A DNA stretch of 64,000 nt from an uncultured Acidobacteriota bacterium (GCA_963822895.1 CAWGJI010000019.1:307456-371455), one strand, 5' to 3'. Positions 1 to 9,003 are shown, numbered from the stretch's first letter. Notes: a model not told the origin generated them from the letters alone. Numbers and translations are program-made.

Positions 1-105
1 AAGATCATCGGGCTCAACGGCAGCTCGAAGGTGGTGCAACGTCTCCCCACTGAGGGGATGGTCGAGGGTTGGATCGAATCTGCGAAGGATGTCGAGACTG
101 ACTGA
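1..105 (+). CDS. 3' end of an upstream gene, product unknown
   Basis: Frame 1 is open from the window edge (KIIGLNGSSKVVQRLPTEGMVEGWIESAKDVETD) to TGA at 103-105. No family recognised. Confidence 0.4.
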   Translation, partial: KIIGLNGSSKVVQRLPTEGMVEGWIESAKDVETD

Positions 106-226
106 ATTGCCGGCCGACTTTGGCCGAGACCAACCTCAGCGGTCGACGGTTTCGCCGAAGCCGCGTCTTGACAGTCTCGGCCAAACAGACGCCGGTCGGC
201 CGGGGCTTCCGCCGCGTGGCCAGGTG
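105..226. repeat. Repeat unit A1 (122 bp), identical to 352-473
   Basis: Read directly: the sequence from AATTGCCGGCCGAC to GTGGCCAGGTG is identical at both positions. The ORF track translations (PADFGRDQPQRSTVSPKPRLDSLGQTDAGRPGLPPRGQV) are also identical. Confidence 0.9.
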
Positions 227-250
227 CGTTGGGTGGGCTTCCGCCTCTTT

Positions 251-346
251 GATTGCCGACCGACTTTGGCTCGGCTCACCCTCAGTGTGTGACGGGTAAG
301 GCCGGGTCGCGTTGTGACACCCTCGCCAAACAGACGCCGGTCGGCC
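251..346. repeat. Degenerate repeat unit with diverged arms and loop
   Basis: The left arm is TTGCCGACCGACTTTGGCTCGG (253-274). The right arm is CTCGCCAAACAGACGCCGGTCGGCC (322-346). Both carry point changes relative to the consensus. Confidence 0.7.
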
Positions 347-351
347 TCTCT

Positions 352-473
352 AATTGCCGGCCGACTTTGGCCGAGACCAACCTCAGCGGTCGACGGTTTC
401 GCCGAAGCCGCGTCTTGACAGTCTCGGCCAAACAGACGCCGGTCGGCCGGGGCTTCCGCCGCGTGGCCAGGTG
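352..473. repeat. Repeat unit A2 (122 bp), identical to 105-226
   Basis: Direct comparison of the two stretches. Confidence 0.9.
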
Positions 474-535
474 AGTGGGGTGGATTTCCGCCGCGTGGAG
501 AGGTCCGTGCATTGGCCAAACAGACGCCGGTCGGC

Positions 536-646
536 CTCTTTGATTGCCGGCCGACTTTGGCCGAGACCCGCCTTCGGCAGTCCACGGGTCCGACTTGGTC
601 TCACTTGAAAACGTCTCGGCCAAACAGACGCCGGTCGGCCGGGGCT
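536..646. repeat. Repeat unit B1 (111 bp), loop family B
   Basis: Has the same arms as the A units but a different loop (ACCCGCCTTCGGCAGTCCACGGGTCCGACTTGGTCTCACTTGAAAACGT). I count 5 mismatches against 652-762. Confidence 0.85.
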
Positions 647-651
647 GCCTC

Positions 652-762
652 CTCTTTGATTGCCGGCCGACTTTGGCCGAGACCCGCCTTCGGCAGGGCA
701 CGGGTCCGACTAGGTCTCAGCTGAAAACGTCTCGGCCAAACAGACGCCGGTCGGCCGGGGCT
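652..762. repeat. Repeat unit B2 (111 bp), loop family B
   Basis: Near-identical to 536-646. Confidence 0.85.
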
Positions 763-836
763 TCCGCCGCGTGGCCAGGTGTGTGGGTGGCTTCCGCCGC
801 GTGAGTAGCTGCGTGGCTGGGAGAGGGGGGCCGACA

Positions 837-863
837 AAAGGCCCCTGGGATCCAGGGGCCTTT
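837..863. terminator. GC-rich hairpin, probably an intrinsic terminator for the minus-strand gene ending at 886
   Basis: AAAGGCCCCTG (837-847) pairs with CAGGGGCCTTT (853-863). On the minus strand the stem runs into TTTTG. Confidence 0.65.
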
Positions 864-885
864 CGTCAGTTGAGGAGGAGTGAGC

Positions 886-1389
886 TCAGGAAGCCTTCTC
901 GGTCTTCACCGAGGCAGTCTTCGCCGGGCTCTTCTTCGCTGCCGTCGACCCGGTGGCCTTGGCAGCTGAAGTCTTCGTCGCCGGCTTCTTGGTGGCCGGC
1001 TTCTTGGCAGTGGGCTTCTTGGCGGCCGGCTTGGGAGCCGTCTCTTCCACGACGGGCTGGCTCTCCGACCTCTCGGGCCTGAAGGACGACCGCCATGTGG
1101 CGAGCATGTCCTCGAGCTGGTCACGCAACTTGGTCACCTGCTCCTTGGCCTGGTCGAGATCCACCTTGGAAGTGATCTCGTCGACGACCTTGCCGTCGCT
1201 GATCTTTCCGACGATCTTCTCTCCCTCGACGGCCCAGCCGTTGATCGCCTTCTCGGCTGCCTGGCTGTATCCAGATGTCTCGTCGGCGATCTTGGATCGC
1301 AGGTCCTTCACCTTCACACCAACCTTGCGGGCGGCAACCACCGGGGCGCCAACCGCTGCATACAGAACGTCCTTTGTCTGCATCATCAC
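886..1389 (-). CDS. HbhA-like protein: helical N-terminal part with a Lys/Ala/Pro-rich basic tail
   Basis: The C-terminus is KPAAKKPTAKKPATKKPATKTSAAKATGSTAAKKSPAKTA. The architecture and the adjacent XRE regulator mirror the mycobacterial Rv0474/hbhA arrangement. The start could be any of three consecutive Met codons. Confidence 0.75.
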   Translation of the reverse strand: MMMQTKDVLYAAVGAPVVAARKVGVKVKDLRSKIADETSGYSQAAEKAINGWAVEGEKIVGKISDGKVVDEITSKVDLDQAKEQVTKLRDQLEDMLATWRSSFRPERSESQPVVEETAPKPAAKKPTAKKPATKKPATKTSAAKATGSTAAKKSPAKTASVKTEKAS

Positions 1390-1751
1390 TCCTTTTCCTT
1401 CGTGCTCTGTGATCCATTGGCATGGATCAACGCCTTGTACATGTCGAGAAGCACCTTCTTCTGGCGCGAGTCCAGGCGCTCGTCGGCCTCCACCGCCTCG
1501 AACACCGTCTGGACCGGCATCTCGTCGTCGAGAAGGCCGGCCTTCGAGTACAGCGAATTGGCTGAGATCTCCAACGCACGAGACAGCCGGCTGAGGATCT
1601 CCGCCGACGGTTTGCGTATTCCGCGCTCGATCTGGCTCAGATAGGGATTGGATATCCCTGCGGTGTCCGCCAGGCGACGTAGAGAGAGATTGGCTCTCTC
1701 CCGTTGCTGGCGGATGAACGCTCCCAGATCTGTGTGCTTGCTCTCGTTCAC
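1386..1751 (-). CDS. XRE-family helix-turn-helix transcriptional regulator
   Basis: Carries the HTH_3 signature LSLRRLADTAGISNPYLSQIERGIRKPS. GTG start. Overlaps the downstream gene by 4 nt. Confidence 0.9.
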   Translation of the reverse strand: MNESKHTDLGAFIRQQRERANLSLRRLADTAGISNPYLSQIERGIRKPSAEILSRLSRALEISANSLYSKAGLLDDEMPVQTVFEAVEADERLDSRQKKVLLDMYKALIHANGSQSTKEKE

Positions 1752-1804
1752 TTAGTGCAAGCTTACCGCTAAGTGCTAACTATTGCAAGCACTATGCATG
1801 CTGT
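1752..1804. promoter_or_regulatory. AT-rich island with repeated AGTGC half-sites, a candidate promoter/operator of the XRE gene
   Basis: TAGTGCAAGC (1753-1762), AAGTGCTAAC (1771-1780) and the inverted GCAAGCACTA (1785-1794) lie immediately upstream of the GTG start at 1751. The composition is unusually AT-rich for this window. Confidence 0.35.
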
Positions 1805-2965
1805 TTACATGTTCTCCGTCAATGAAACAAGGGCGGCAATGCCGGCCCGTATCCCGAATCCGATAGCTGCCTCGTCGAGGACGAAATCGGGGGAGTGGAG
1901 ATCCGTGCCGCGACCGGACGACCCCAATCTGAGCAGAGCGCCCGGCACGACACCAAGGTAGTTGGCAAAATCCTCGCCGCCCATGCTGGCCTCGGTGGGT
2001 GTCACCGAATCGGCGCCGAGCGAGTCGGCGATGCCATCGGCCACATGCTTGATCACTGACTGGTCGTTTACCACCGGGGGTATCGCCTGGATGTACTCGA
2101 GGTCACAGTCCGCCCCCGACCAGGCCATGAGGCTGGTGACCGCCTTGTCGACCAACCCCGGAAGCACATCCCACAGCGATCGGTCGAGGGTGCGAGCGGT
2201 GCCTTGGAGCTCGACCGTCGTGGGGATCACATTGCCCGAGCGCCCACCGTGAATCGAGCCGAAGGCAACGATCAGTGGTGACCGGGCATCGATGGTCCTG
2301 TGAAGGGCACCCGGCAGTTCGTGGATCAGCCGGGCGGCATCGGCGATGAGGTCGACCGTCTGGTGAGGACGAGCGGTGTGACCCCCCGGGCCATGCAGCG
2401 TGATCTTGAATTTGTCCGCACTCGCCGTTATCGCTCCGACCCGGATCCCGACCCTGCCCGTGGCGAGGTTTGGGTCGACATGGAAGGCAACTATCGATTT
2501 GAGCCGATCCACCACGCCCTCCGCCACCAGCTCGGCGGCCCCGCCGGGAAACGACTCTTCGGCAGGTTGGAACAGGATCCGGACACCGGTGCTCAGGTCG
2601 AGTTGGCGGACCCCGAGGGCGATGCCGAAGGCGATCGCGGCGTGCGCGTCGTGCCCGCAGGCGTGCATCCAACCCGGGTTTTGAGATCGTGGGACATTCT
2701 CCTCCGGCTCGTCGATCGGCAGGGCGTCGATGTCGGCCCGGAAGCCGATTGTTGGCTCTTTGGAGCCGATGTCGAGCCACAGCCCGGTCTTGGGCCGCCG
2801 GTCGTGATAGGCGAGGCCGTTCTCGTCGAGAGAGGATGCGATCAACGCAGTGGTCTGTGTCTCGCGGTACGAAGGCTCTGGATGCCGGTGGAGGAGACGG
2901 CGCAACTCGACGGCCTTGGGGACGATTCCCTCCACCAGCCGGTCAAGGGAGTCGGCGGTGATCAC
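1805..2965 (-). CDS. M20D-family amidohydrolase (N-acyl-amino-acid amidohydrolase / hippurate hydrolase type)
   Basis: Has the HACGHDAH metal-binding motif and the GEDF region. Length is about 386 aa. Confidence 0.9.
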   Translation of the reverse strand: MITADSLDRLVEGIVPKAVELRRLLHRHPEPSYRETQTTALIASSLDENGLAYHDRRPKTGLWLDIGSKEPTIGFRADIDALPIDEPEENVPRSQNPGWMHACGHDAHAAIAFGIALGVRQLDLSTGVRILFQPAEESFPGGAAELVAEGVVDRLKSIVAFHVDPNLATGRVGIRVGAITASADKFKITLHGPGGHTARPHQTVDLIADAARLIHELPGALHRTIDARSPLIVAFGSIHGGRSGNVIPTTVELQGTARTLDRSLWDVLPGLVDKAVTSLMAWSGADCDLEYIQAIPPVVNDQSVIKHVADGIADSLGADSVTPTEASMGGEDFANYLGVVPGALLRLGSSGRGTDLHSPDFVLDEAAIGFGIRAGIAALVSLTENM

Positions 2966-2983
2966 ATCGAGAGGTTAACGACG

Positions 2984-5752
2984 TCACTCGAAGAACCGCC
3001 TCTCGAAGATTCGACGTGAACGTCGCGTCAACCGCCGGTAGTCCTCCCTCAACTCGGCCGATCTGCTGTATCCGAGTGAGCCGGACAAACGTCGCAGATC
3101 ATCGAGATCGGGCGGGAGGGAGTCGACGGCGCGTCCCGCCTGGAGATGAAGCCGGAGGCGAATTCTCGTGCAGAAGAGATATGCCTCGGTCAGGCTCCGT
3201 ACCTCCGACGAGGGAAGCAAGCCCGCCTCACCGAGGACACTCAGCGCCTCCATGGTGCCCGTCACCCTCAGCGCGGGGATCTCGCCTCCGTGCTGGAGTT
3301 GGAGAAGCTGTGTAAGGAACTCGACGTCCGATATCGCGCCAGGCCCGAGTTTCAGGTGGTAATCGGGGTCCTCGTCGGCCGGGATACGCTCCTTTTCGAC
3401 CCTTGCCTTGATCTGTCGTATGGCCCGGGTTTCGTCGGCGGGGAGTCGTGATCGCCACAGCCGGCTCCCGACGACATCGAGAAAGCGGCTTCCGGTGCTC
3501 CCGTCCCCTCCAACCGGCCGTGCCTTGACCAGTGCCATCATCTCCCAGGGCTCGGCCCATTCCTCGTAGTAGCGCCGATAGCTGTCGAGTGACCGGGCAA
3601 GCGGGCCTTTCCTGCCCTCGGGGCGCAGGCCGGCATCGAGAGAGTAGGCCTCTCCGTGGCGGCTGGACTGGCTGAGGACGACGGCGAGCTCGGCGGCCAT
3701 CCTGAGCGCGTCCTCGCGTCCGGCCTCTTCGTCGAACACGTACATGAGGTCGAGGTCAGACCCATATGAGAGCTCGCCTCCACCCCACTTGCCCATGGCG
3801 ACCACGGCGAACCCTTTCGCATCGCCACCCGCGGCGACATGGAGGGCTCCGATGACAGTGGCATCAGCGCTTTCCGTGAGCGCCCGGAGAGTGTCTTGCA
3901 CCGGTGGATCCTCGAGGATGTCACGCGCCGCGATTCGTAGCTTTCGCCGCCGAGCAAATCGTCTCAGCGTCCCGATCTTGGCGTCCGGTTCAGGTCGCGA
4001 GTCGAGGAGCGGCAGGAGCCGATTCACCTCGTCTGTCTCGTCGCGTATCTCGTTGAGCTTGGCGTCGTCGGCGAGCCGGGGGATGAACTCGGGTATGCGA
4101 TCGATGAGGTTGCCGAGAAGGCGACTCGTGCCGAGGAGCCGGCAAAGCCGCTCGCCGGCCAGGGGGTTGGTCTGGAGAAGCGTGACCAGGCTCGAGTGGT
4201 CGCGGGACCGAGCGAGGACCGTGCGCAATTGAGCCAGGCCGAGGTCGGGGTTTGGCGTCAGTGAGAGCCAGTCGAGCATCAAGGGGAGAACTTGATGCAT
4301 CGCCTGTGATCTCCTCGTGAGACCTTCGGTGAGATCTCCCAGTGCCCTGCTGGCGGCGTTGACGTCTTGAAATCCCAACGCCTCCAGCCGGAGCGCCGCC
4401 TGGTCGACTCCGAGCCGGGCGCTGGGCGAACCGACGAGTGTCTCGAGGATCGGCCTGAAATAGAGTCTCTCGTGCACGTCACGAACCACGGCCTTGACCT
4501 CCGCCAGGCTGCCGGTGAGCTGGCCAACCGGGTCTGTCGTCATTCCCATCGACCGAGCGATCCGCTCCAATTGCTCCGGATCGTCGGGAACCGTGTGGGT
4601 CTGCTGGAGGTCCCAAAGCTGGACCCGATGCTCGAGATCACGGAGAAACCTGTAGGCGTCGCCGAGACTCTGCCGGTCCCCATCAGCCACGAAGCCATGC
4701 AGGTGCAGAGCCTCCAGTGCGTCGAGAGTCGCGGGAACGCGCAGATCGGGATCGAGCCGACCGTGGACCAGTTGGAGCAGTTGAATCGCGAACTCCACGT
4801 CCCGGATTCCCCCTCGCGATCGCTTGATGTCCGACGTCGTCGCACTGCTTTCGACCTGCTCCTTCAGCTTCCTGATGCTGCGAAGCGCCTCCACGTCGAG
4901 CCCTTCGGTCCACACGACTTTCTCGACCAGGGCGCTGAATCGGGCGCCAAGCTCTCGATCACCGACGGCGGCCCTCGCCTTGAGGAGCGCCTGCAGCTCC
5001 CAGGGTGCTCCCCATTGCCGGTAGTAGCGGTCGTATCCGTCGATGCTCCGGGAGAGGGGCCCGGTCTTTCCCTCCGGCCGCAGGTCGGCGTCAACGACGA
5101 GGCCGGGACCGTCGAAGCTGCCGGCGGACAGAGCACCCATCAAGGTCGATGCCAGGCCGAGTGCGGCGCGGCGGCTCTCCTCCTCTCTGCCATCGACCGT
5201 GTCGTGTACGAAGACGAGGTCGATGTCTGAGGAGTAGTTGAGCTCCCTGGCACCCCACTTGCCCATGGCAATGACGACGAAGGGGAGGTCCTCGGCAACC
5301 GGATGCCGCTCGGCGACAACCCCACGCGCGCTGTCCAGGGTCTCACCGACGATCACGTCGATGTCATCGGAGAAGCGGGCAATCGCCTCCATTGCGTCAA
5401 CCCTCCCGGTTAGGTCGTCGCCGGCATGTGTGACGAGGGAAGCCGCGAGGCTGAGTGCGACCGAGCGGTGGGGGGCGGAGCCGGAGAGCAGGGAGGGATG
5501 CCGGGCGACAATGCGGCTCAGGGCACGGGAATTGGCAGCGATTGCGTAGGCTCGCTCGATCAGGATCGGGTCCGTGAGAACCGAGACGTCCGCCTCGAGA
5601 ATCGGGACCAATCTCTCCCAGGTGCCGGCAGGGTCCGGGCCTCTCGCAACCATCCCGGCCAGTGATGGGATCTCGTCGGCCCCCACCCCGATCCTTCTCA
5701 GGTCCTCCACCGCTTCGGCGGGGATGCCCGGGTTGGCAGGTCTCTCTGTCAC
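2984..5752 (-). CDS. glnE: Bifunctional glutamine synthetase adenylyltransferase / adenylyl-removing enzyme
   Basis: 922 aa with duplicated nucleotidyltransferase motifs GKWGARELNYSSDIDLVFV and GKWGGGELSYGSDLDLMYV. Confidence 0.95.
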   Translation of the reverse strand: MTERPANPGIPAEAVEDLRRIGVGADEIPSLAGMVARGPDPAGTWERLVPILEADVSVLTDPILIERAYAIAANSRALSRIVARHPSLLSGSAPHRSVALSLAASLVTHAGDDLTGRVDAMEAIARFSDDIDVIVGETLDSARGVVAERHPVAEDLPFVVIAMGKWGARELNYSSDIDLVFVHDTVDGREEESRRAALGLASTLMGALSAGSFDGPGLVVDADLRPEGKTGPLSRSIDGYDRYYRQWGAPWELQALLKARAAVGDRELGARFSALVEKVVWTEGLDVEALRSIRKLKEQVESSATTSDIKRSRGGIRDVEFAIQLLQLVHGRLDPDLRVPATLDALEALHLHGFVADGDRQSLGDAYRFLRDLEHRVQLWDLQQTHTVPDDPEQLERIARSMGMTTDPVGQLTGSLAEVKAVVRDVHERLYFRPILETLVGSPSARLGVDQAALRLEALGFQDVNAASRALGDLTEGLTRRSQAMHQVLPLMLDWLSLTPNPDLGLAQLRTVLARSRDHSSLVTLLQTNPLAGERLCRLLGTSRLLGNLIDRIPEFIPRLADDAKLNEIRDETDEVNRLLPLLDSRPEPDAKIGTLRRFARRRKLRIAARDILEDPPVQDTLRALTESADATVIGALHVAAGGDAKGFAVVAMGKWGGGELSYGSDLDLMYVFDEEAGREDALRMAAELAVVLSQSSRHGEAYSLDAGLRPEGRKGPLARSLDSYRRYYEEWAEPWEMMALVKARPVGGDGSTGSRFLDVVGSRLWRSRLPADETRAIRQIKARVEKERIPADEDPDYHLKLGPGAISDVEFLTQLLQLQHGGEIPALRVTGTMEALSVLGEAGLLPSSEVRSLTEAYLFCTRIRLRLHLQAGRAVDSLPPDLDDLRRLSGSLGYSRSAELREDYRRLTRRSRRIFERRFFE

Positions 5753-5785
5753 CTGGTCAGGCTATGCGAGGCGTATCGTGAGAGT

Positions 5786-7444
5786 ATGCCGATACGTGTG
5801 GCCGGGGCCCAGATGAACCTGTGCGTCGGCGATCTGCCAGGGAACGAGTCCAAGATCCTCGGAGCCATCGACTGGGCCGAAGAGCAAAGGGCGGACGTGC
5901 TGCTGCTCCCCGAGTTGGCGGTGAACGGGTACCCGCCCGAGGACCTGGTGCTTCGGGCCGACTTCGTCTCGTCCGGTCTCGACGTCCTCGAACGGCTTGC
6001 CGAGAGATCGGCATCGACCGCGATCGTTGTCGGGATCGTCGATCGATGGGAGAACGGCTCCCGTGGCGGCGACGATTCCACAGCCCGAATGGTCGCCAAC
6101 GGCGCGGCAGTGCTGGCCAATGGGCGGGTCGAAGGCATCTATCACAAGGTGCTGCTGCCCAACTATGGCGTGTTCGACGAGGACCGCTACTTCTCCATAG
6201 GCGACGAGCCGGCCCGGGTGTGGGACGTGGGCGGCATCCCCGTCGGAGTGTCGATCTGTGAGGACATATGGAGGGCCGACGGGCCGCCGAGCCAGCAGGC
6301 TGAAGCCGGTGCCCGGGCACTACTCAACATCAACGCCTCGCCGTTTCATCGTGGGAAGGCAGACGAGCGTGAAGAGATGATCGTGGCGAGGGCGATTGCC
6401 GCCGGGGTCTCGGTCGTCTATCTCAATCTCGTCGGAGGGCAGGACGAGCTGGTGTTCGACGGATGTTCGCTGGTCGTCTCCTACGACGGGTCGATCGTCC
6501 ACCGGTCGCCGCAATTCGAGGAGGACCTGTTCGTGGTGGACGTGCCCCTTCCGGGCGAGCCGATCGAACCGGCCCGGCTGTCGCCTCATCTCGACCGTGT
6601 GGAGGAGGTCTATCGCGCCCTGGAAGTCGGTCTCGGCGACTATGTGCGCAAGAACGGGTTCGAATCTGTGGTACTCGGCCTCTCGGGCGGGATCGACTCG
6701 GCACTCACCGCGGCAATCGCCGCCGACGCATTGGGCCCTGAGTCGGTTTGGGCGGTTGCGATGCCGTCGGAGTTCTCGTCGCAGCACTCGATAGACGACT
6801 CCCGGCAATTGGCCCAGAATCTGGGGATACGTCTCGACGTACTCCCGATCAACCAGGTCTATCAGGGGTATCTGCAGACCCTGGAACCGGTGTTCGCCGG
6901 TACCCAGTTCGGGGTTGCAGAGGAGAACCTCCAGGCCCGGGCCCGTGGTGCGATCCTGATGGCCATCTCCAACAAACATGGTCCGATGGTCGTGGCCACG
7001 GGGAACAAATCGGAGATGGCGGCCGGATATGCCACCCTGTATGGGGACATGGTCGGCGGTTATGCGGTGCTCAAGGACGTATTCAAGACGCTGGTCTATG
7101 ACCTGGCTCGTTGGCGCAACAAGGACGTCGAGGTCATTCCGCAGAACATCATCGACAAGCCACCCTCCGCCGAGCTTCGACCCAACCAACGAGACTCCGA
7201 CTCGCTCCCGTCTTATGACCTGCTCGATGCGATCCTCGAGCTCTACATCGAACGCGACTTGGGGGTATCCGAGATAGTCGAGCAGGGTTATGACCGGGAG
7301 TTGGTGGTGAGTGTCGCCCGCATGGTCGATCGAAACGAGTACAAGAGACGCCAGTCTGCACCTGGGGTGAAGATCACCGTCAAGGCGTTCGGCAAGGATC
7401 GACGGCTGCCCATCACCAATCGCTACCAACCCTCTTCCCCATGA
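5786..7444 (+). CDS. nadE: Glutamine-dependent NAD+ synthetase
   Basis: An N-terminal CN-hydrolase domain is followed by the GLSGGIDSA P-loop and a synthetase domain. 552 aa. Confidence 0.95.
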   Translation: MPIRVAGAQMNLCVGDLPGNESKILGAIDWAEEQRADVLLLPELAVNGYPPEDLVLRADFVSSGLDVLERLAERSASTAIVVGIVDRWENGSRGGDDSTARMVANGAAVLANGRVEGIYHKVLLPNYGVFDEDRYFSIGDEPARVWDVGGIPVGVSICEDIWRADGPPSQQAEAGARALLNINASPFHRGKADEREEMIVARAIAAGVSVVYLNLVGGQDELVFDGCSLVVSYDGSIVHRSPQFEEDLFVVDVPLPGEPIEPARLSPHLDRVEEVYRALEVGLGDYVRKNGFESVVLGLSGGIDSALTAAIAADALGPESVWAVAMPSEFSSQHSIDDSRQLAQNLGIRLDVLPINQVYQGYLQTLEPVFAGTQFGVAEENLQARARGAILMAISNKHGPMVVATGNKSEMAAGYATLYGDMVGGYAVLKDVFKTLVYDLARWRNKDVEVIPQNIIDKPPSAELRPNQRDSDSLPSYDLLDAILELYIERDLGVSEIVEQGYDRELVVSVARMVDRNEYKRRQSAPGVKITVKAFGKDRRLPITNRYQPSSP

Positions 7445-8250
7445 CCGAGCAGACCATCCTCATCAATGGTGAGGAATCCGACGGGACGGTGCCGGTGATG
7501 GACTCGTCGGTGCTTCGGGGCGACGGTTGCTTCGAGGTTCTGAAGGCCTATGGCGGCCGGCCATTCACGCTCGAAGAGCATCTGGATCGGTTGGCTGCCA
7601 GTGCGGCGGCGTTGAACCTTCCTGTTCCGAATCGGGACGATCTTCGGAGCTGGGTGATTCGGGTTGCCGAAGAGTGTGGGGACTGTGCGGTCCGTATCGT
7701 CCTGACTCGGGGCTCATCGGTCGCGGGACAGCCTGGTGAGCCGCTGACCGTCGTCTTTGCGCACCCCTGGGACGCTCCGCGTGGCCCGGTTCGCCTCGGC
7801 CCGGTCATGGCCCCTTGGCACGCGGCCGGCATCGATTGGGATCTTGCCGGCGCCAAGATCCTCTCCTACGCCCCGAATCTCGCCGCAACGAGGAGGGCGG
7901 TGGCAGATGGCTACGGCGATGCACTCTTGCTGAGCCGCGATGGGACGATCCTCGAGGGCCCGACCTTTTCGGTTGCATGGGCCGTTGGTGACGTTCTCGA
8001 GACGCCGGCGCTCTCTCTGGGCATCCTCGACTCGATCACACGCAGAGTCGTGCTCGACCTGGCCAGAAACTCCGGGATAGTCGTGGTGGAGGGGAGCTGG
8101 ACCCTCGATCGGCTCGATGAGGCCAACGAGGTGATGGCGATGTCGACCATTCGCGAGGTGCAACCGGTTTCGGCCGTCGGGGAGCGCCAGTTTGGTGAAG
8201 GCCCGGTCACCAGTCGTCTCGCTCGTCTCTTTGCCCAGTTGGTGGAGTGA
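7441..8250 (+). CDS. Class IV aminotransferase (branched-chain / aminodeoxychorismate-lyase type)
   Basis: Fold-type IV motifs are present (RGDGCFEVLKAY, EGPTFSV). ATGA overlap with nadE. Confidence 0.85.
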   Translation: MTEQTILINGEESDGTVPVMDSSVLRGDGCFEVLKAYGGRPFTLEEHLDRLAASAAALNLPVPNRDDLRSWVIRVAEECGDCAVRIVLTRGSSVAGQPGEPLTVVFAHPWDAPRGPVRLGPVMAPWHAAGIDWDLAGAKILSYAPNLAATRRAVADGYGDALLLSRDGTILEGPTFSVAWAVGDVLETPALSLGILDSITRRVVLDLARNSGIVVVEGSWTLDRLDEANEVMAMSTIREVQPVSAVGERQFGEGPVTSRLARLFAQLVE

Positions 8251-8475
8251 CTGGGCGATCGGCACGCCGATGGCGTTCCTCACCCTCAACTCTGTTTGAG
8301 ATCCCGGAATTGTGGGAATCGAGCGATCGTCGCCAAGAGAGTGAGTTCTGCTGTCACCGATGGTCGAATTGGACGTCGAAATGGAACATGAGAAGAGCCG
8401 GTGTGGCGGGAATGCGCGGTTGTGCGGCTGCAACATGCCGGGAACCGGCGTATGGCCCCGTTACGTTGGTTGCCC

Positions 8476-9003
8476 ATGAAGCTCCGCATGACTTTGCGCT
8501 CTCTGGCGGTGATGGGTGCATTGACACTCGTCGTCGGCGCCTGCAACAACTCGGGATCCGCCGACCTCACCACCACCTCCTCATTGGTGGTGACCACCAA
8601 TCCCGGCGGCGGCTCGACGACCACCTCTGTAGTGCCCGGCGGCGATTCGACCACAACTACGACGCTGGTCGGAGAGGATGTGCCCGGGTTCGAAATCGTC
8701 GCCCGTGAGTCCGCACCTGCAGGCGAGACGCTCTACATCGTGGTCCCTCCGTCGGACGCATACACCGACGTCGATATCGAGAACTTCGTGCGAGACCTCT
8801 ACGAGTCCGGGACGGCGACGTTCGGCGCCGAGGTGTTCGACGACGCGGCTGCCGTGGACGCCTACCGAAAGGATCCGGGAAGCCGAACGGCAGATGAAGA
8901 GGCCCTGATCTCCGATCATCACCTGGCCAGTCTCGTCAAAGGGTCGACAATCAAATTCCAGGGGCCGTTCGAGTCCTCGGGTGAGATGGCGGTCGGCAGC
9001 TGA
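8476..9003 (+). CDS. Lipoprotein of unknown function with a Thr/Ser-rich linker
   Basis: Signal peptide plus lipobox MKLRMTLRSLAVMGALTLVVGAC. I chose the ATG at 8476 inside the longer ORF 8401-9003. Confidence 0.7.
   Translation: MKLRMTLRSLAVMGALTLVVGACNNSGSADLTTTSSLVVTTNPGGGSTTTSVVPGGDSTTTTTLVGEDVPGFEIVARESAPAGETLYIVVPPSDAYTDVDIENFVRDLYESGTATFGAEVFDDAAAVDAYRKDPGSRTADEEALISDHHLASLVKGSTIKFQGPFESSGEMAVGS

Larger units (their letters stand above)
105..810. repeat. Array of alternating palindromic REP/BIME-like units between two convergent genes
   Basis: Five copies of the left arm TTGCCGGCCGACTTTGGCCGAG alternate with six copies of the right arm CTCGGCCAAACAGACGCCGGTCGGCC. The arms are mutually reverse-complementary apart from a conserved 8-nt bulge. 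There are two loop families and a third short motif, GGCTTCCGCCGCGTGGCCAGGTG. Confidence 0.85.

Noticed and set aside
105-810. CRISPR array or integron attC cassette array as an explanation for the repeats
   Set aside because: The repeated arms alternate in orientation rather than being direct repeats. The sequences between arms are themselves repeated (two loop families), so there are no unique spacers. No cas or intI gene is in the window. The arm ends do not fit the attC R'/R'' consensus (GTTRRRY).
89-837. Multiple 60-150-aa ORFs on both strands inside the repeat array (for example 89-292, 354-608, 136-585, 282-701), several starting MPADFGRD
   Set aside because: They are mirror-image artefacts of palindromic repeats. 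The same peptides recur because the DNA is repeated. They are Arg/Pro/Gly-rich, and ORFs on both strands cover the same bases.
6656-6666. tRNA T-loop-like string GGGTTCGAATC (a similar GGTTCGAAAT occurs near 8686)
   Set aside because: Both lie inside well-supported coding frames (nadE and the lipoprotein gene). The flanks do not form T-stem or acceptor-stem pairings, so there is no cloverleaf.
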